Origin: Antedon mediterranea
Taxonomy: Eukaryota; Animalia; Echinodermata
DNA length: 64,000 nt
Assembly (NCBI RefSeq): GCF_964355755.1
Contig: NC_092680.1
Span: 18,547,045-18,611,044, forward strand
Reading direction: 5' to 3'
A program made the position numbers and the translations under genes. Below, one piece after another: positions 26,001-40,996 of the stretch (position 1 is the stretch's first letter; every line of letters begins with the position of its first letter). A model generated the notes under the pieces. That model was not told where the DNA came from, did no database searches, and saw nothing but the letters and a program-made list of their open reading frames with translations.

Positions 26001-29000
26001 ACGGAAAATCCTTCTTGGAATAGAATTACACGTGTCCGGATATTGTTACACAGTTACACTGTACAGTGCCTTATTAAATTAAAACAAACGTAAACATCCC
26101 CTGGAAGTGAAAATTGTATACAATTTATGTTCCACGTCGTTTTTGTTCAAGTGACGTAATACAACGTAACCATTCATGTTAATGTGAATTTAATTGCTTT
26201 TTGCTTTATGCAAGAAATATGTGAACATTAAAACTGTATGTGTAAGGCGGTCTACGGTAGTAAAGGCAGACAGGATCCTTTGCCAGGTTCCTTCCTGTTG
26301 TCACTAGAACATTGTTCCAAATTTTTTCTAACAATAATGTTCTCACTGACCGAGTTTGATTTTTGTATACTGTATTCGTTATTGAATGATTCATGCTAGA
26401 TTTTACCATACGGTACACAAATGTTGTTTTTATTATTGTCAATAAATAGTAACAATAGGGCCTAATTAGATCCAAAAAAAATAACAGCGAAAAGCATATA
26501 TATTGCCAACAATAACGACCTAAAAGGTGACAATTCGTTCGCAGGACAAATAAAACAGGACAGCCGCTTTCGTGTTTTTAATTGATTTTAGAAATCAATC
26601 GTGTATGTATTGATTTTAAAGATACATTGAGGATGAATAGAATTCTGACGAAAACCAGACTTGGTTTAAAGGCCACTTTACACAGACGAGCGGCAACGGT
26701 AAGCGGAAAACCGCGTATAACGTCCCACGTAGAATCTGTATCTATCCTGAGCGGAAACTGCTCGTACACTCCGCGTTGTGTGTAAATGGTCATAAGGAAT
26801 AACATAGATTCTATATTTTTTTTCCGTTACCGCTTGTCTGTGTTAATTGGGCAAACGTTTTCTTTTTGTTTCTGATTTATTTCGCAACATGCTCGCTCTT
26901 GTTAGCCAACGTGTCTTAGGCCTGCAATCCTATCCTTTACTACGTAAATGTTTTGTTTTCTTCGGCCTTTGTTTCTTCGCCGTTAGCAACGTTCAGCCTG
27001 GCTGCTTGGCATTGAATTTGATTGAATAACGATATTTGAATAGGAAAAAAAGCCATCCAAGGACTTTTTTTATAGACATTATTTACTACTACTGTGAAAA
27101 AATAAAGCACGGAAAAGCAAAGGAAAGAGTGTGTGTGTGTGTTTAATCCGCGTCAAATCTACCGTATTTGTGGGAAAACGTTTATGAATACGGACGTACT
27201 GCGGTCGTCATAACAACTACAATACATTTCTGACGTTTTACATGTTTTGTCAAGATGTAACTTGATTGAAAATAAACACTTTCGTCCGAATGTTTTCTCG
27301 AACCTCAAATAACAGACAAAATTCGAATATTACGATAACATACTGTATATTATAAAACATTACTTCAACTAGTTTCCTGAACGCAATTGTAGATTGAAGG
27401 GTTGGATTTTCAATGTATTTTGCTTTTACGTCACATCGTAAAATGTTAGTCTGTCATTTAATTTGTCTTTCTCTTTATAGGTAATTTACATGGGAATTGT
27501 CATTTATGCCCCGTCTCTTGCTTTAAATGCAGGTATGTATAAAACCGTACGATATAATATAATGTCTCAATAATTTTGATCATGTACCGGTAGTTAAAAC
27601 AACAAAAACTGGGTTAATGTAGGCCTATACATTGTTGATATCTAAGCCTACGGGATAAGTCCATTTTCGCCTACGGGATGAGTCCATCTTCGGCTACGGA
27701 ATGAGTCCATCTTCGCCTACAGAATGAGTCCATCTTCAGCCACGGGACGAGTCCATCTTCAGCCACGAGACGAGTCCATCTTCGCCTACGGAACGAGTCC
27801 ATCTTCGCCTACGGAACGAGTCCATCTTCGCCTCCGGAATGAGAGTCCATCTTCGCCTACAGAATGAGTCCATCTTCGGCCACGGAACGAGTCCATCTTC
27901 GGCCACGGAACGAGTCCATCTTCGCCTACGGAACGAATCCATTTTCGCCTACAGAACGAGTCCATCTTCGCCTACGGAATGAGTCTATTTTCACCTACGG
28001 AATGAGTCCATATTCGCCTACGTAATGAGTCCATATTCGCCTACGGAATGCCATCTTTACCTACGGGATGAGTTCTTATTCAGCTACAAGATTCGAAAAC
28101 GAATTGTTACCATATTTAAATTATCAGATAATGTGTACTGTATTTCCAGGGCACATCCCTAATTTTTCCAGGGAAGTTAAAGACAATGCATTTATAAGCA
28201 TTGTTTTAAATCAACTCTATGTACATGTAACGTATATACAATACAAAAGTTTATTTAAGTATTTATTAACATACCGTAATCGAAACTTACAATAATACTA
28301 ATTTTATATGTTTCAGTAACTGGTCTTGACTTATGGGGAGCTGTGTTTGCTATCGGTATTGTGTGTACTTTTTACACTACCATTGTAAGTAGTAATTGAT
28401 AGGCTATAATAGACCTAGTATAGTCTTTGTTTCTAGCCTATGCCTTATAATAATTCAGTCTCTAAACACAATATGTGTATAACGATGAATCGTAAGCTTG
28501 TTTTCCTGTGAGTTTTAGAAGTCATTTTAATGATAACGATGATCCAACAATAAAGTCGAACTAGATTTATCTTCAAAGATTTTTCTTGTGGGTTGAACTC
28601 AATCAGCTTTAACTACCTTTTTCTTAAATCTTGTTGACACCCGGCCTAACCCAACGCACCCTAACCCGACGTTTAATCTTGGTTCCCACTATGACGCAAC
28701 ACAAGGACGTAAACGCAACGCAAGCATGTTGACCAAGCGACAGTTCGAATAATCCATCGCTTGTGATTGGTAAACTCACTAAAAATTGGTTTCTCACTAG
28801 AACGTAAAGCGTGGTTCCCACTAGCGACGCAACGCAAGGACGTAACGCAACGCAAGTGAATTGACCAATCACAAGCGATAGCTTATTCGCTTGTGATTGC
28901 TAACTGTCTATAACTTCGCTTGTCATTGGTCAACACGCTTGCGTTGCGTTTACGTCCTTGCGTTACGTTCTAGTGGGAACCAATCTTAACGCAAGGACGT

Positions 29001-32000
29001 AAACGCAACGCAAGCGTGTTGACCAATGACAAGCGAAGTTATAGACAGTTAGCAATCACAAGCGAATAAGCCATCGCTTGTGATTGGTAAACTCACTTAC
29101 GTTGCGTTACGTCCTTGTGTTGCGTCTCTGTGGGAACCAACCAATAGGCTTACAGTAACCTAAACCAACTTTAAAAAAGTAACACAGATCTAGAGGGAAG
29201 TAATAAATACATACTTTATGGCATTCAATGTTTAATAATAATAATAATAATGTTTGTTTATGTTACGATCTCGTTTACTTTTCAAAATATTGATATGAAT
29301 ATGAACATTCTAAAAGATAAACCGCGTGGTTTCGATTTCATTATTTGGTACAGTCTTGTGGATGAGTATCTGCAAATGAAAACACATGTTTACGTTATTC
29401 ATAGCCATATGCTGTGTATGCCTAATCAGTTATTAAACGACAATTTAATTTATTAACCGTTTCCGCTGTGGCCAAACTTTCCCGCATTGCTAATTTAATT
29501 TTCTTTTGTTGCCATTTTATTAAATCGATCCTTGACTCTTTAGCTTGTTGTGTAAATATATTATGGATACAATATTCTATAATTGCAATTCATTTTTTGC
29601 AAGTCAGGTTACATATTGTTTTGTAATGTCGTGCTTTGAAACTGTAAATTTAAACAAAACCTACTATATAAAATAATTGCATTTTAGCATCGTCTACGTC
29701 TCATAGTTCAATTTATTGCAGAAAGTACAGAAATTTACATTCAAATTAAAACGTATTATAAAATGTCATCTCCATGTTCATTAAAATTTGAAATAGCCTA
29801 CATACAATTAATTAAACAATTTAATTGCGCATTTTAACCTTGTTTAAGCTTGGTTCCCACTAGGACGCAACGCGTGGACGTAGACACAAGTGAGTTGACT
29901 ACTGACAAGCGACTGTTCGAATAATCCACCATCGCTTGGTCGACTCGCTCACGTTGCTTCCTTGTCTTTGGTCATGGGAACCAAGCTTTAATACGTTCAA
30001 TGTTACGTTTTACGTTGTTCTGTAGGGTGGTATGAAAGCTGTCTTATGGACCGATGTATTCCAAGTAACAGTGATGGTGATTGGGTTCTTAGCTATCATC
30101 ATCCGGGGTTCCATGGACGTGGGAGGATTAGATAGAGTATGGAACATCAGTGCAGAAGGCGGACGCATTCAGTTTTTTGAGTAAGACATACATTAATTGA
30201 TCAGACGCTTGCCATACGCTTGTACTTTATAAGTCTATATGAGAATAATTAGTCGAATACGATTAGAACCCACGACCTCAAGATCACTAACCTAAACTAG
30301 AACTATTAAAATAAACCTGGCTAGCGACGAGGGCGTATCTCCATACTTCGGTTTGGGTTTAGCTTTGCAATATTTATTAGTTTGTTATTTTATCATATAA
30401 ATAATAAAAGCAATATTATGTTCAAAATGTAAAACTATACAATGTTATCAAAGTATTCAAACAAAACATAATCTTTAATGCAATATACCATTTTATCATA
30501 TTTATGTTATATCGAATCTCTTTTTAATACTGAATATCAATCTTTATATCGTTTTAGCTCTGTAATATAAATTTTCTCTGTATACATGTTTGTTTTATCT
30601 AGATTTCAACACAATAACAAAATATTTTATATAATCTTTTAACCTCTGTCTGTCTGTGTAATATCACTTAAATATTCATTGATAAATAGATAGATATACA
30701 TATATACTGTAACCTTCACCATATTGTTTATCATTGCAATAAAAGTGGGTTGCCCCCACAAAAGAGAAAAAAAAAGATCACTAACCTGGCATTCGTACCT
30801 ATAGACCACCGAGCTTGTGATGATGGTGGCCCAAGGAAACAGCGAGTGCTGCATGTACCATGACCTCCATGCATGTACCAACAGAATGAATTTCAGTTCG
30901 AGACTTATTCTGAAATGTATTTAGCAAAGTAAATTTACGTCAGAGTAGGGAAAAATGACCACTTAACTTTGCTCCCTGGCGCAAAGATACTTAGTTACTA
31001 AAATGTAATTAATTCATCCTTTACCTGATTATTCCCTAAAGTACAACATTATATGTTGTAAAGCTAAATGAAATTGGAATAGCTAATTTCCTAGTACATT
31101 AACATTATTCCGTCACTAGTTTTGTTGTTTAAAGTTAAGCATGATGTTGATATTTACCAAGTTTACTACTAATAATTTACTAAATAATATATTGCTTTTT
31201 AGTTTCGATCCAGATCCAACTGTACGACACACGTTTTGGTCCGTTGTTATTGGGGGAACTTTTACGTGGACGGCCGTTTACGGGGTGAACCAGTCACAGG
31301 TACAACGGTACCTAACCTGTGGAAGTCAGAGTGTTGCAAGAATGTAAGTGAAACCATAAATTTAGCTAGGGTAGGGAGACATTTCCAAATTCTCCTTAGA
31401 TCGAGTCAAACTCATTATTTCTGTGATACCCGTAATTACAGGACGAAGTGACCCCGGGGATCTCCATGAAGTGATTGGCATGTCATCTGAAAAATGAAGT
31501 GCTGTTAAACCGCTCCTCATTGCTCTTCATCCAAAACAATTGAGGATAATTCCCGCTGTGAAATGTAAATGTTATGTTTTAATGAGATCGGAAATGAATG
31601 TAATTGCACAGCGTGCATTATGGAAAGTGCATTGTGGAAGTAGGCCTACTGATACCCGATTCACCTGTAGGCCTACAACCAAATACAGGTGTAACAGTAT
31701 AAATGTTACATTGGTATTTCCCGAGGTGATCTTACTGAGTTTCAGCGCTTCTCACACGCTAGAATGTATAGTAACAATGTTACCTGTATCCAGTTAATTA
31801 TTATTATTATTAAGGGATGTTTTGACTTGCGTTGTTCAGTGGCCACAGACTTGTACCATAGTGTCTATTGAACACGCAAAAATTGTTTAGGCCTAGGCCT
31901 ATGTCTTACATGTGTAATTTTTTTTGTGAATTGTGTCTACGAAGTGGGGCGACAGCGACGGATTTGCTTGAGTGTCTATGTCGTCCCTCGACCAAATGAC

Positions 32001-35000
32001 ACTTTTTGTTGTTTTAATTGCTCTATAAATGTATATATAATTGTTGTTTGATTTTCGTCTAAGTAAATGTGGAATTGAATTGATGTGATGCAATTTAGTA
32101 ACGCAAAAGAAAGATACAAATTATATAGATATAGGGTATATTGTACTGTACATATAAACACTTGTAGAGATACCATAACCAGCGTGTTCCACGAAACTTC
32201 GCACCAATATAACAATCATCCACAGGTGGTGGGAACGGATATCAATATAATCACATTTACTATTTACTATTTTATCGGTTTATAAACACTTGTGAACTTT
32301 TGTGTAGGCCTATAAACTATACTCATGTAATAATTTATTTATTTTCAAGTGCTTTGTTGATTTCAACTATTGGCATGGTGATTGTCGTCTGTTTGGCCTG
32401 TTTATCGGGCCTGGTCATGTATGCAAAGTATGCAGGGTGCGACCCAATGCTACGTGGCGACGTTGCCAAAAGTGATCAGGTAAACATAAATGAGAACCTA
32501 AAATATTGCTTATAAATAATAATATTCAATTACATCGCAATGATTTATAATGTAGTGTATTTTTTAGAGTCGGAACTACCGCAGTAGTCAAAACGTACCT
32601 GTGCGTGTTATGTGCCAATTAGCTACGGTCTTTTGTTGTTGTTGTTCCCAAAATCCGAAACTCGAGTGGTTCCAAGTACACCCTGAAGTGCACTCACACG
32701 TCTTCCTTTCTGCATAATTGATTGCATAATATTTGTAAATACAATCAAAAGTAAAGTACCGAACTGAAGTGGTTGTTTTTCGTTAAAGGGCAGTTTATCC
32801 AAGGCAATCTATATATAATGCTACTACATTTTTCGCGTATTTTACGTACTCTTCCAAAACCACTGCTCACATTTGGCACACTGATGTTTAGGCTACTGAT
32901 GGGCCGTACACGATAGGCTATGTCACTTTCCTGAATTTTAAGGATAAACACTAAAAAGGCAAAAAAAGCAGTAATTTGACGTCTCAGCGACCATGTTACG
33001 TCACTGTATAAACTACACAACCTCCTCTGTTGTGTACCGCCATGGCCGGATCTACAAATACCATGCCGAGCCGCCAAGAAAAACAGTATCGAATGATCGC
33101 GTCGTTAAAGTTTTAATTAATTACACCTAGGCCTACTCTTAGAACAGAATGATTTTCGTAAATCACGTTTGTCTCCAGTGAGTAAACCGCCGTGACCATT
33201 AATATCAATGCTTAGTACGTTCGAGTTCGAATCCGCGACATGTGTAATTGTTGACCGCTAAAGCTAAAAATCAAAACTAGACCACAATATCTAGCAAAAA
33301 AAGATACGAAACCTTACCAACAAAAAAAATAAAAACCATGAGGCGCATCCTAGATTAATCCAGTATTGCTTTCATTTTGTAGCTTACAGATATTTCAAAG
33401 TAAAGGAATACAAAATCAATGGCCGTAAATAGTTCCAACTTGTATTCTTTTATTATACGGTACTTAATCATGCCATGCGAATTATTATTAAGGCAGACAA
33501 ACCGTGCGAAGCACGGGTTACTGGTAGGCCACAATTTAATTACAAAAGTAGCAAGTATAGGTACAAATCTCCCACACAAAAAAAATTTGCAAAATATAAA
33601 ACCAGTGAAATAAATATAAATGTAACTGAATAACTTGAATTCGTGTTTCCGCAGCAATGTGTTTTTCATTTGATTTTTGTCCACTTATTATTTTATCTCT
33701 AATGTATCAAATAATTAATACATTACGAAAAACACCCAAAATAATATAGTTCGGCATTTTATACTTTCGTTATGTGTTTGCGCGCATCATCCAATTCACA
33801 CAGTACAATTTAGCGTCTTTTATTTTCGTAAAGTCTGAACAGTCAAAAGTAAAGTCTAACGCTCCATATCCACTATTGCTTTAATTGTTTAGCCTACATA
33901 TATATTTTAAAGTGAAGGGATAGTGTATAACAAATCAATGGCCGTAAATACAGTAGTTCCGAATTTAATTTTATTTTAATAATTTGTCAAAGTACTTTTA
34001 TCAGAGTGCACTTTCATTATACTTGCCCATGCAAAGTTTAAAAAAAGACTGCTAGTATCTGTAAATAGGCCTACAATAAAAAGTTGAAGAATACCGAAAC
34101 GAAGTGAGTGTTTTTTCGTTAAAGGGGGGTGGGGGGGGGGGGAAGTTTATCCAAGGCAATATCTGTAACTGTGTGGCATGTAAATTAAAATAAATTCGGA
34201 TAGGATAAGTTCTACAGTAATTTCTTACTTACTAAATCAATCAATAGATCTGTAAATAATTATGGAATATAATCTATTGTTACGGCACAATAGTTTCAGT
34301 CGATACTCATACGGTTCATAACGATATTTAAAAAACAAGCTACAGTATCGCATCTGTTGACGGTGACAGGCCCATCCGTGACACCACCGCCTACGTACAT
34401 AATTACTACGCCTTAGGTCACCTTAGTTTCAGAGGGCTGTGAACCCGGTTCATTAAAACCACCAGATAACACATATATATCCTTCAAATATCATACATTC
34501 AAATGTCGTAAAGTCGGTGTATTGGTGGTTTTTGATAGGCTTTGGACATTTTAATCGACTGAAGGTCGAGAAACTTTAAGCAAATGCTTCACTGATCTAC
34601 TACCGTATCATTACGATTATGTGATTGAGCACGTCTTAGTGCATATGCTGTTTTTTTAACATCTTAAAAATCGAGATGTATCAAGATCAGGGATACGAAT
34701 GTCCTGTGAAACAATTAAGCTTGATTTCTCCAACTGCCTCGCCATGTACCTATACCAAGAAAAACCTTGTTTATGATGCGGTATCTGTACATCTTTTTAA
34801 ACGTTTCACTTCATCAATAAGATATAGGCCTACATCTCCTGATCAAACCACCATCGTACATTTGCACTGTTAATATGTTAAATTACTTCGGTTTGTCTTT
34901 ATTTTAGTTAATTCCATATCTAGTAATGGACCTATTTTCTGACATGCCCGGTCTTCCTGGCTTGATAACATCGGCAGTATTTAGTGCTGCTCTCAGGTAA

Positions 35001-38000
35001 GTCGTATTCATATAAGATATACCAGGGAATAGTGTAGCTTATGTTACGAGCATATAACAACTTTGTGTTGTCTCTGTTTTTGGATTTGGATTTGATGTTC
35101 GATTAGTCTCTTTTTGGGGACCCCTCATGAAACGTCACAAATAAACATGAATATTCATTAGTCATCTTTCACATAAGAGGTCCCCAACTTATGTACGAAA
35201 AAAAAATCTTCCCGGGTGTCATCTGCTCCACCACTCCCATCCATATACAGCTACAATATACACCTTATGTTTGTGAGATTAGGCCTATAATAAGCAGTAT
35301 GTTTTCAGTTTTGTATGGTCTAATTGGAAAGATGTCTGTAAAATAAATTAACCCGTTACCGGCAATTCTTAACAATGTGGTTATCAGCGGAAATAATCTG
35401 TGGCCGAAAGTAGTAGCATATAAAAAAAGAGGGTCCCTGGATATTAGCAAGACCCTCTCTAAATAAAGTTGAAACAAAATGAAAAATAAATAAAAATAAA
35501 ATATGTTTGCATATTTTAGTACGGTCTCGTCCGGCTTGAATTCACTGGCAGCCGTGTATGGTGAGGATGTTGTCAAACTAATCTGGCCAAATATAGAAGA
35601 ACGCAAATACACTATGATCACTAAGGCCCTTGGTAAGTTTATATAAGAAATCCTTTTCGCCTATATAATAAAACAATATTAGTATTATAAGTATAATTTG
35701 TGTTAAGTATAAAAACATATTTTACGTTGAGTCTGTAGGGGATGGCTGTAGCTAATTTGGCCCCGCTTGTACGCAACGCCACGACGTAGCTGCAACGCCA
35801 GTTATTTAGTAACACTTAGTACCTATTTATTGAACATATTATGAATGGTAATGTATTAATTTAGTGTTACATATTTTCAGCTGGTTTCTTTGGAGTAGTA
35901 TGTATAGGAATGGCAGTTGTAGCCTCTTTTATGGGTGACGTTCTTCAGGTACGTATTTGTCTACAAATACGATAGTAGGCATAAGCGGTGTTGTACTGCG
36001 TAGGCGAATGCTCATCCTTGATGCAGTACTCTCTGCTCATTGGGCTCGAATCTTACCCTAGCTATTCGCGAAAACACGATGGTCTAGGAGTTCTTGAGGT
36101 TTTCTGTTCGCCCACCCGACGAGAATTTATTGTTCTTGATAGCTTAGCATAAAGTAGAATTCTAAGTAGGCTCGACTCGGTCCGCCCGTGGTATGAATAC
36201 GTTGTGAAAAAACTACAATGTATATATTGCTATAGTATCGTGGATAAAACAATAGTTCAATGCAATCTACTTGACTCCATTATTTAGCAGTCGTTCCAAT
36301 CAGTCTCTGGTAGAAGAATAATACACTGTACCGTTTGCTCTACAAATGCTTCTCGTACGCCCAACAAAGCTTTCAAATACCGCGCATGACAATGCTACCT
36401 TCTGATTCGTCCACTTGAGAGCGATTTATTCGCATGACACCTGCTGCAATTTCTATCACCGTAACAGACCTGTGTGTACGGGATTAGCAATGTCCCGAAC
36501 GGCGCCCCGTACGTCTGTGCCATAGATTATTTTGTTAGTATCTTTGGGCAAGATACAGTACTTACATACATTGCCTCGTTCTTCGTATGAAAAGTCTTCG
36601 CTGCGCACTGTGACTGTCTATCAACTGAGGATGAATAGAATAAATTTACATGACAGTGTTTCTAATTTTTTTTTTCAGACTGCGCTCAGTATATTTGGTA
36701 TGATTGGAGGTCCACTATTAGGTCTTTTTTCACTTGGAATATTTTTTCCTTGGGCGAATACAAAGGTAAGTGTATCCCAACGCCTACAATAGACAGTATA
36801 CTTGGAAACCAATGGTAAATTGATGTAGTGTGTAGCGTTCATTCAAAATTATACACAGTCCGATCCGGAAAAGTATCCAAGTGGTGACGTTTGTCCGTGT
36901 ATGATTGTGACGTTCGTTGTCACAGTGTGTAGACGAACACAATTCCAAATATGGAACATGTTTTTATTACCCATGCCGTTGTCATTGCAACTATTATTTT
37001 AAATATCGGTTTTTATTACTTCAGAGTTTGGCAAAATATCTGACCAATTAACTTAGCTCCATGACGCAAGGTACTTTTAGTAGTTCATGTTTGCAGTACC
37101 CGCTGCTTTCTTGAGCTTGAACCAAATCCGAGTTATTCGTTTGGTGGTCAACAGGACACCGGTCTAGTGACCTGGATGTCATGGGTTCGAGTTCCACCTG
37201 ATTATGATTATTATTATGCGATTATGTTCGCAATTTATTGAAATATTCAATATAATAACGTCAAAATGGGGTAAAAAAACTGACTATTATGGGCATGGTA
37301 GGCCTAAATTAATATACTATTTTTATGATCGTACTGCAGTCGAGCGGTTAAGACAGGGGCGCCGCCGGCCGCAAACTGTATCTACACAATCGGCACAGGT
37401 TCAAGTCACTTTTCGACCATTGTTCTGGTGGTAGAACAAGTATTCTCGGATACACATCCAGCGTACAAATCTGGCTCATGTGCACTTTAAAGAACCCAGT
37501 AAATCTTTCGGCAGAGTAGGGGTTACCCTGGTGTACTGGTCCATTCAGACGACGAACGGGCGCCGTTTGGTGGCAGCACTCGACACGAAGGAACAGACCC
37601 TTATATGGAAGACTTAAGTGTGTCGTCCACACCTGTGCGCAATTCAGCCCGGTAGGCTGCAAGTCGCAGGTTATTCCCCCACTTACAGTTAAAGTACTGT
37701 ACATTGCTTTTTTTTTTATCTTATTGCAGGGTGCCATATCGGGACTTCTATCAGGCCTCGTAATGGCTTTCTGGATCGGTATTGGTGCTCAGTTCTACCC
37801 TCCAGTTGTAAATAAACCACCCCTAACAATTGACTACTGTGAGTTTGGTGAAGGCAATTACTCCATGTATAATAGTACAGATATGTACTCCACTACCACT
37901 ATGATATCCATAACTGACATGCCGGAAGAAAGGTAAAGTAATTGTTCTCTCTTTGAAAAAGTAACCGTAAAAACCGTTGTGTCCACTGTTATGATTTAAC

Positions 38001-39844
38001 CGCTCCCCATCTGAGAAGTCTCCGCATTCCAGTTCATTGTTCATGTTCATACGTTAAATGAACAATGATAGATAAAATGACGGACATGACAAAAAGTAAA
38101 ATCCACAACGTTTTATGATACGAATGGTTTACGTATTTGGAAGATTCACACATGAAATAAAAAAAACAAATCTGTAAATCTGATATATATTTTTTGATAT
38201 GAACTATAAGTGCAAAAACGGGCAGTCCTAAAGCGGATTTCGGGCGGAATGATTTTGAGAACTGGAAAGGATAATAGGGTACCCATAGATATCATCCAAT
38301 AATGATTACCAATGTTTAGGTTATCCGTATACATCCATAAGGTGACATCACAATGTTTTTATCTTGATATTTTGTAAAATGTGTTGACAGTTTTGCAACG
38401 TTTTTCTTTTGTTTTTGTAGGCCTGCTGTTGCTAAATTGTACTCACTTTCCTACGCCTGGTATAGTGCTGTCGCCTGGTTGACTGTACTTTTCGTAGGGC
38501 TTATTGTTAGTTTTGCAACCGGTAAGAAAAGTTTTTTTTGACTGACGAGGTTTAAGTTTAGAACACTTGATGATATTTGAGACATTCTTTCACTCTTGTA
38601 GATTTTGTTTCTTCCTCACATTTTATATTTATGGCTCTGTAAGCCTTAATATATTCCTTTTTGAAACAATTTTAGTTTCAGTATTTTAAGTATGATCCGT
38701 TTGTTTGCTAAACTTGTCAAATAACACTTCGCACAGTGATTTTTGGCCGGTGCACTTACCTTATATAGTACGTCATTCGTCAACGTTGAAACAGTTTAAA
38801 TCTGTTCTCAAAACTCACTTTGTTGCTTCGTTTAACTTTATCTGAGCGATATGAGACCGTTTTGATTAAGAGCGCCTCTATTCAAATAGTTATTGATTTG
38901 AACATTCTCCTGAAGCTCTCTTACTCCAATCTGCTCGTACTCTCAAAGACTGAACTTGTAAGTCTATTTCGTGCCTAGCTTACCCGGATAAACCGACAAT
39001 AGAACTTTCTCCTCGAAGAGCGAGACATAACTCGAAAAGTAGAAATTCTCATTGAACATTCCTCTCCACAAATGGTATAGTCCATGAAAATAAATAAATA
39101 CTGTATAAATAAATATGTGGTGGCATAGATTTTTTTTTGCAGAAACATCTCCACTCAAATATATACGCTAATCTTTAATAAATTTGGTTTCTTTTTATGA
39201 CCTAAAGGGCCGACTGATCCGGCAGATGTTGACCCAAAATTGTGCTGTTCTCTTGTTGATACCATGTATTGTTGTCTACCTGAGAAAATTAAGAAACCGT
39301 TACGATGCGGTGTTCGATACGACGAACAATTTACACATGTTGATGACGTAAGCAATTAATATTATCTATTTAGCATTTGACAAGAATTACTTCAAGAAAT
39401 CCATATTGGTGCCGTCACAAAAGCTTATAAATCTCTCGAATATCTTTAGTATTTGCCGAAACTATTTCTAAGTATTTCGCTCAGTTTCTGGGAGCTTGAT
39501 ATTATTTATACATGTACATTTTTACAATGAAAGCGAATATCTAAGAACAGAGAAAAGAAAATTGTCTTGAAGATCGAACATGCCCACCGTTCATTTGATC
39601 TAAAAAACATTCACTGCCGTAATCTTAGCTAAGCTTCCATTTCATTATGCATTTGTAGAAGGTAGGTCTAGAACTGAATGTACATTATGAACATTTATTA
39701 TTATTTAACATTTCTCTAAATCATTTAGATCAACACCAAATAATAATGGGGTTTTTTTTTCGTTTATTTCGAATTTAGGTCCATGATGAATACAAGGTTG
39801 TTGGTGGGAAAAATATAGACTCCAAAGACGAAACCAAATTCTAA
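20040..39844 (+). CDS. Sodium-coupled monocarboxylate/multivitamin/iodide transporter (SLC5A5/A6/A8/A12 family)
   Basis: Exons 20040-20390 (1b), 24517-24582, 27481-27532, 28317-28384, 30026-30180, 31203-31343, 32350-32479, 34908-34996, 35520-35632, 35881-35948, 36679-36765, 37730-37932, 38421-38521, 39208-39347 and 39779-39844, phase-consistent. Motifs TSAYE|[41 protein letters not shown] and [14 protein letters not shown]; ends ETKF (class I PDZ-ligand-like). Exact orthologue not assignable by eye. Confidence 0.93.
21585..21900. mobile_element. Foldback/MITE with ~100-bp near-perfect inverted arms
   Basis: ~21585-21686 (ttttccctgaaaaagctgtaatttaatgc...aagtgaaaacattt) is the reverse complement of ~21802-21900. 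A related spacer and arm remnant lies at ~25810-25950. Confidence 0.75.
22644..22820. mobile_element. MITE family A copy interrupted by a 24-bp palindromic insertion
   Basis: aaagctctgtccacactatcaaa ... tgtgtagacagagcttt; insertion at 22677-22700 duplicates GTTTGAC. Confidence 0.8.
22960..23140. mobile_element. MITE family B (~180 bp, TIR AAGCGTGGTTCCCACTAG...CTAGTGGGAACCAAGCTT)
   Basis: Near-identical to the copies at 25063-25245 and 28806-28987; internally palindromic. Confidence 0.85.
25063..25245. mobile_element. MITE family B copy
   Basis: aaagtgtggttcccactagcgacgcaac ... gttctagtgggaaccaagcttt. Confidence 0.85.
27645..28085. repeat. 21-bp minisatellite (GAGTCCATCTTCGCCTACGGAAT/C)n, about 20 copies
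   Basis: Tandem units visible in SLC5 intron 3; explains the spurious repetitive ORF 27736-27942. Confidence 0.95.
28675..29140. mobile_element. Compound MITE family B cluster (partial copy, full copy, inverted copy)
   Basis: 28675-28805 partial; 28806-28987 forward; 28988-29140 is the reverse complement of the forward copy. Confidence 0.8.
29845..29990. mobile_element. MITE family B diverged copy
   Basis: aagcttggttcccactagg ... gggaaccaagcttt. Confidence 0.7.
37335..37690 (+). mobile_element. tRNA-derived SINE with Deu/Nin-like central domain
   Basis: Degenerate A box (gtcgagcggttaag) and B box (ggttcaagtc), then gcactttaaagaacccagt...agagtaggggttaccctggtgtactgg, which resembles the Deu/Nin SINE core as recalled from memory. 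Confidence 0.5.
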
Positions 39845-40996
39845 TTGAAGTTGACCTTTACGTACGGGGCGCCGGTCTGGACATTACTAATTTTGTCGAC
39901 CTTTGTTGTAAATGGAGGGGTGGGGATCTTTTTCATGGAAGACTGACCGAACCATTGCTGGAGGGGGACAGTGTTTCCTTCATTTAGCACAGGCCTGATG
40001 CAGAGAGTTGTAAAATCATTTTAATTTTTTTTATTTTACAACTCCCTGCCTGATGCATTGTGGTCCGGAATATGACGTCAATTACGGAATCGGTAATTTT
40101 TAGTATGGTATTTACGTCATACAAGAGTACTATGATAATATGTGTTTTTATAACTTTTTTATCTTCAGACAAAACTATAAATTGAGAATTTTTAATTGTA
40201 TAGCTTTTTAGTTAATTAAATGTTATTTTTTTGCTAGGTTTTTTAGTTTTATAAATAAGATTTGTAATTTGTATATTTCCGCCAAGGCGTATTAAACAGG
40301 GTGAAGATAATATATAATTTTGTACGGCGTTCCATAATTGAAGCTGCAGTTAAAATGCTGCGTATAATGTTTCAATAATCTCGTTGCCAAACGCACAATT
40401 ATTATGTTGTCGACTAAGTGGACTTAACACTGTTATGTAAAGTTGACAATTGTTTTATCGCGAATAAAAATGTAGACTAACATTTTTTTACTCTCCAAAT
40501 ATAAAGTACTTTGCCTGGGCATTTATTTAGCCCGCTCTCTGATTACTTTACTCAACATATATTTTACGTAGGCGTAGGCTAATTGACGGCGCAACAGGAG
40601 CCACCGTCAGTCCTTTTTCCAACTATAGTATTCATTCATTCATTTATTTTATCAAAATCACATAAAACAAGTAATAAGGTTCATGAATAAAAACAGTATA
40701 AAAAACAACATATAAAACAATGATAACAATATTTTAAAACATCTAAAACAGTATAAAAACAAACTTTAAAATATTTTTAAAATATTTAAAAACCATTAAA
40801 AAATTTTAAAGAGATAAAAAGGATGAGAAAAAGTGATTTAGATCAGAATCGTCCTAGAAAACCAATAACTCGGGTTTATTTCCATTGGAGTCCTTGTATG
40901 ATTATTATGGCATAGATATATCTATAGCCACTTTTAAGCTGAAGCCGTATTTATTTTAACAATATTTTACGAATGTTTTCCATCCAGCCGAGCTGA

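Noticed and set aside
27645-28085. Repetitive ORF 27736-27942 or a CRISPR-like array
   Set aside because: It is the translation of a 21-bp intronic minisatellite.
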